Positions 61,511-64,000 of a stretch of 64,000 nt of DNA are shown here, in pieces. The DNA comes from Bispira polyomma (taxonomy: Eukaryota), in NCBI GenBank assembly GCA_965649765.1, contig OZ287749.1:59210001-59274000 (forward strand), written 5' to 3'. A model generated the notes under the pieces. It made no database searches. It was not told where the DNA came from and saw only the letters and a program-made list of their open reading frames with translations. The translations under genes were made by a program, and so were the position numbers. Every line of letters begins with the position of its first letter. Within the stretch, counting starts at the first letter, position 1.

Positions 61511-64000
61511 GACCTTGCTCTAGTACAAAAATACCAGTATTAACTAGAATTTTTTATAATACTAAGTTGAGTGCTTCTGTTAAACAAATGGTTTCTGAAT
61601 TAGATTCTTATAGTGATAAATCATGCAAGGTTGGAGCTCCCGTCCGCTCTAGGGTTTTTACTAACTCTGTGTGTAAAAAGATAATAGAGAATAATATTGT
61701 AAATAATACTATGTCACAGGTAAAGCAAGTGCCTGTAAATTATGCTATGTGGAAAGGCGAAGTTGACCGCCTATGTGTTATAACGCCCTCGTGCCCCGAA
61801 GGGGTTCAGGAGGACGTTTATAGTAAAATGGACGATATATCTCCCATACTTGTGCATAAGGATAGTATCCCGTCAACACGTGACCATAGTGTGCCCAGTT
61901 TGCCACTTCCCCAGTATACCCCTTCTGCCATAATGTCCCCCTTTTATTTGCCAGAAAATGTATGTGTTCAAGAGGTATTCGGGCATCAATCTGATAGAAA
62001 TCAAAATTTGCAGAGTATTGGAGGTTATCACGATGATAATTTTAAAGGCAATAAATTGGCTCAACTATGTGTTATTTCAAAGGCAGAAGGGGCAGGGAAG
62101 TTAGGTGAGCATTTGCGTGTACTCGTGTCTGATATTGATAATGGTGAGGGAAAACAGGATAACACGTGCTTAGACCAGCATGGCTCATATAGCTTGGGGA
62201 TCAATAATATGGCCATGCCGCAAAAGGGGGATTCTCTTTCTAAACCAGGTCAACATTTAAAATCTAGCAATATGCGACAGGTTTATCAAGGGAACCTTGG
62301 GATTGTAAAAGGGGATAGGGAAATCACTATTGGTGTGACTAATATGACAGAAAAAGGCCCCAAAGAAATCTTAGCCAATGCTGAGTCTGCACCTGTTGTG
62401 GGTGTTCCTTCTATTGTAAATGACGTCATAACATCAGAGTGTCTGTTGAATGAAATCACCACTGCTATTGACACTCGAGTGGGGCACAATAATGATTCTT
62501 TATGTAATACTAGTCAGGGGTTCGGATTCATGCATGAATGCATTCCCATATATGTATTACAAGACAAGTCGTCGGTGTTGGAAGCAGAATCTTTTAACTC
62601 CTGGGTCACTGAGGCGCATCGCGTGGTTCACAAAGCGGGGGTGGCTAACTATAAGGGCGCTAGGTTATTAGTGAATACTGACCTTAACCTTGCACTGTGG
62701 TTTCAGCTCCTTAAGGACTATCGCGACTCATTGCTTTTGGATTATCTGCGCTTTGGCTTTCCTCTTTGTGTGGACTATACTTCTTTTAAGTATAGCACTG
62801 ACTGTAAAAACCACACTGGGGCCACTCAGTTTCCTAAAGACGTTGATATATACTTTGACAAGGAACTAAAGCATAGATCAATGGCTGGCCCTTATGAAGT
62901 GGCGCCAATATCGCCCTTGCATTTATCTCCACTTTTGTCGCGTCCCAAACCTGGGGATTCGCGCAGAATTATTGTTAACTTGTCACATCCTGTTGATAAC
63001 TCAGTAAATAGTAATGTTTTGGATGACCAATATGATGGTTATAACTTTAAGCTTACTTATCCAACTGTTGACCACATTGTGGACGAAATTGCTAGAGTTG
63101 GGCAATCAGCTCTCCTCTATAAAATCGACGTAAGTCGGGCGTTTCGTAACTTACGCATTGACCCTTTTGATTATGGGGTCATGGGCCTGCGTTGGAGAAA
63201 TAAGTTTTTCATTGACGCGAGTATTGCGTTTGGTTATAAACATGGCAGTGCCCAAATGCAACGCCTCGGGGACTTTGTGCGTTACGTCATGGCTACCAAA
63301 CACTACACGGTTTTTCCTTATATCGATGACGTCATTGGCGTCCAGCATGAGGATACGACTGCTCGGGCTTATCAAACCCTCAAAGTTTTAATTGAAAACT
63401 TAGGTCTGCCGATTAATCTAAAGAAATTGGCTGAGCCACAATGCGAGGTGACCTGTATGGGCATCTTGATTAATACCAAAGCGGGCACTCTAAGAATTCC
63501 CGATGACAAATTATGTGAGATTCGAGGTATTTGCACTGAATGGTCTGACAAAACTACTGCTTCGAAACATGATTTGCAGTCGCTATTGGGCAGGCTGCTT
63601 TACATTCATAGGTGTGTTCGTCCTGCCCGTCTCTTTGTTAATCGTATGCTAGGTGTTTTGCGCTCTGCTACCTCCAGAACTCACATTAAATTAGACGACC
63701 AATTTAGGAAAGACATTGCTTGGTTCAACCAGTTTCTTACAGAATTTAATGGGGTCGTTATGATTCACAGACAGAATGCACCCGACTGTAAAATTTATGT
63801 AGACGCGTCATTAACGGGTATTGGGGCTATCTGGGAGAACTACGTGTATGCGGCTGCTTTTCCCCAGGAATTCCATCAAATATACACAATAGTACATTAT
63901 GAGATGATAAACATTTATGTCATGTTGGGGGTATGGGGACGTTATTTGAGGAACAAGCTTATTCGTGTGTACTGTGATAATGAAGCCGTGGTTCATGTAT
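61366..64000 (+). CDS. DIRS pol: reverse transcriptase plus RNase H, open frame running off the window (first ATG 61588)
   Basis: My translation of frame +1 has no stop from 61366 to 64000: YLRFGFP, NHTGA, SPLLSRPK..RRIIVNLS, YPTVD, YKIDVSRAFR, FGYKHGS, YIDD (63319), LQSLLGRL, RNase H YVDASLTGIG, IVHYE, VYCDNEAVV. Confidence 0.92.

Larger units (their letters stand above)
59400..64000 (+). mobile_element. DIRS-order (tyrosine-recombinase, Ngaro/PAT-like) retrotransposon, truncated by the window end; left boundary approximate
   Basis: gag-like ORF followed by an overlapping RT-RNase H ORF with no protease; RT motifs are of DIRS type. The recombinase ORF would lie beyond the window, so it is not seen. 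Confidence 0.85.

Overview
AT-rich eukaryotic (animal) genomic DNA; the repeat content suggests a marine invertebrate, probably a lophotrochozoan (inference only). The first 36.4 kb hold one complete five-exon paired-like homeobox gene of the Vsx/Chx10 family: join(120..690,20681..20756,27690..27813,33233..33413,36031..36374), 431 aa, with eh1/octapeptide, Q50 homeodomain, CVC domain and OAR motif, and a 20 kb first intron. The rest is non-coding and repeat-rich: a decayed L2/CR1-group LINE (38.5-40.8 kb), a decayed PIF/Harbinger transposon (45.2-47.4 kb), many tRNA-derived SINEs, MITEs and minisatellites, and a DIRS-order retrotransposon (broken gag, open RT-RNase H ORF not in the ORF track) running off the right edge. 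The most notable observations are: minisatellites repeatedly anchored at splice donors (Vsx exons 2 and 3 and two minus-strand sites); an older diverged copy of the exon 3 end; an in-frame alternative donor inserting 6 aa into the CVC domain; a candidate minus-strand micro-exon; and a canonical -1 frameshift heptamer linking DIRS gag to pol. Most short ORFs in the track are spurious.
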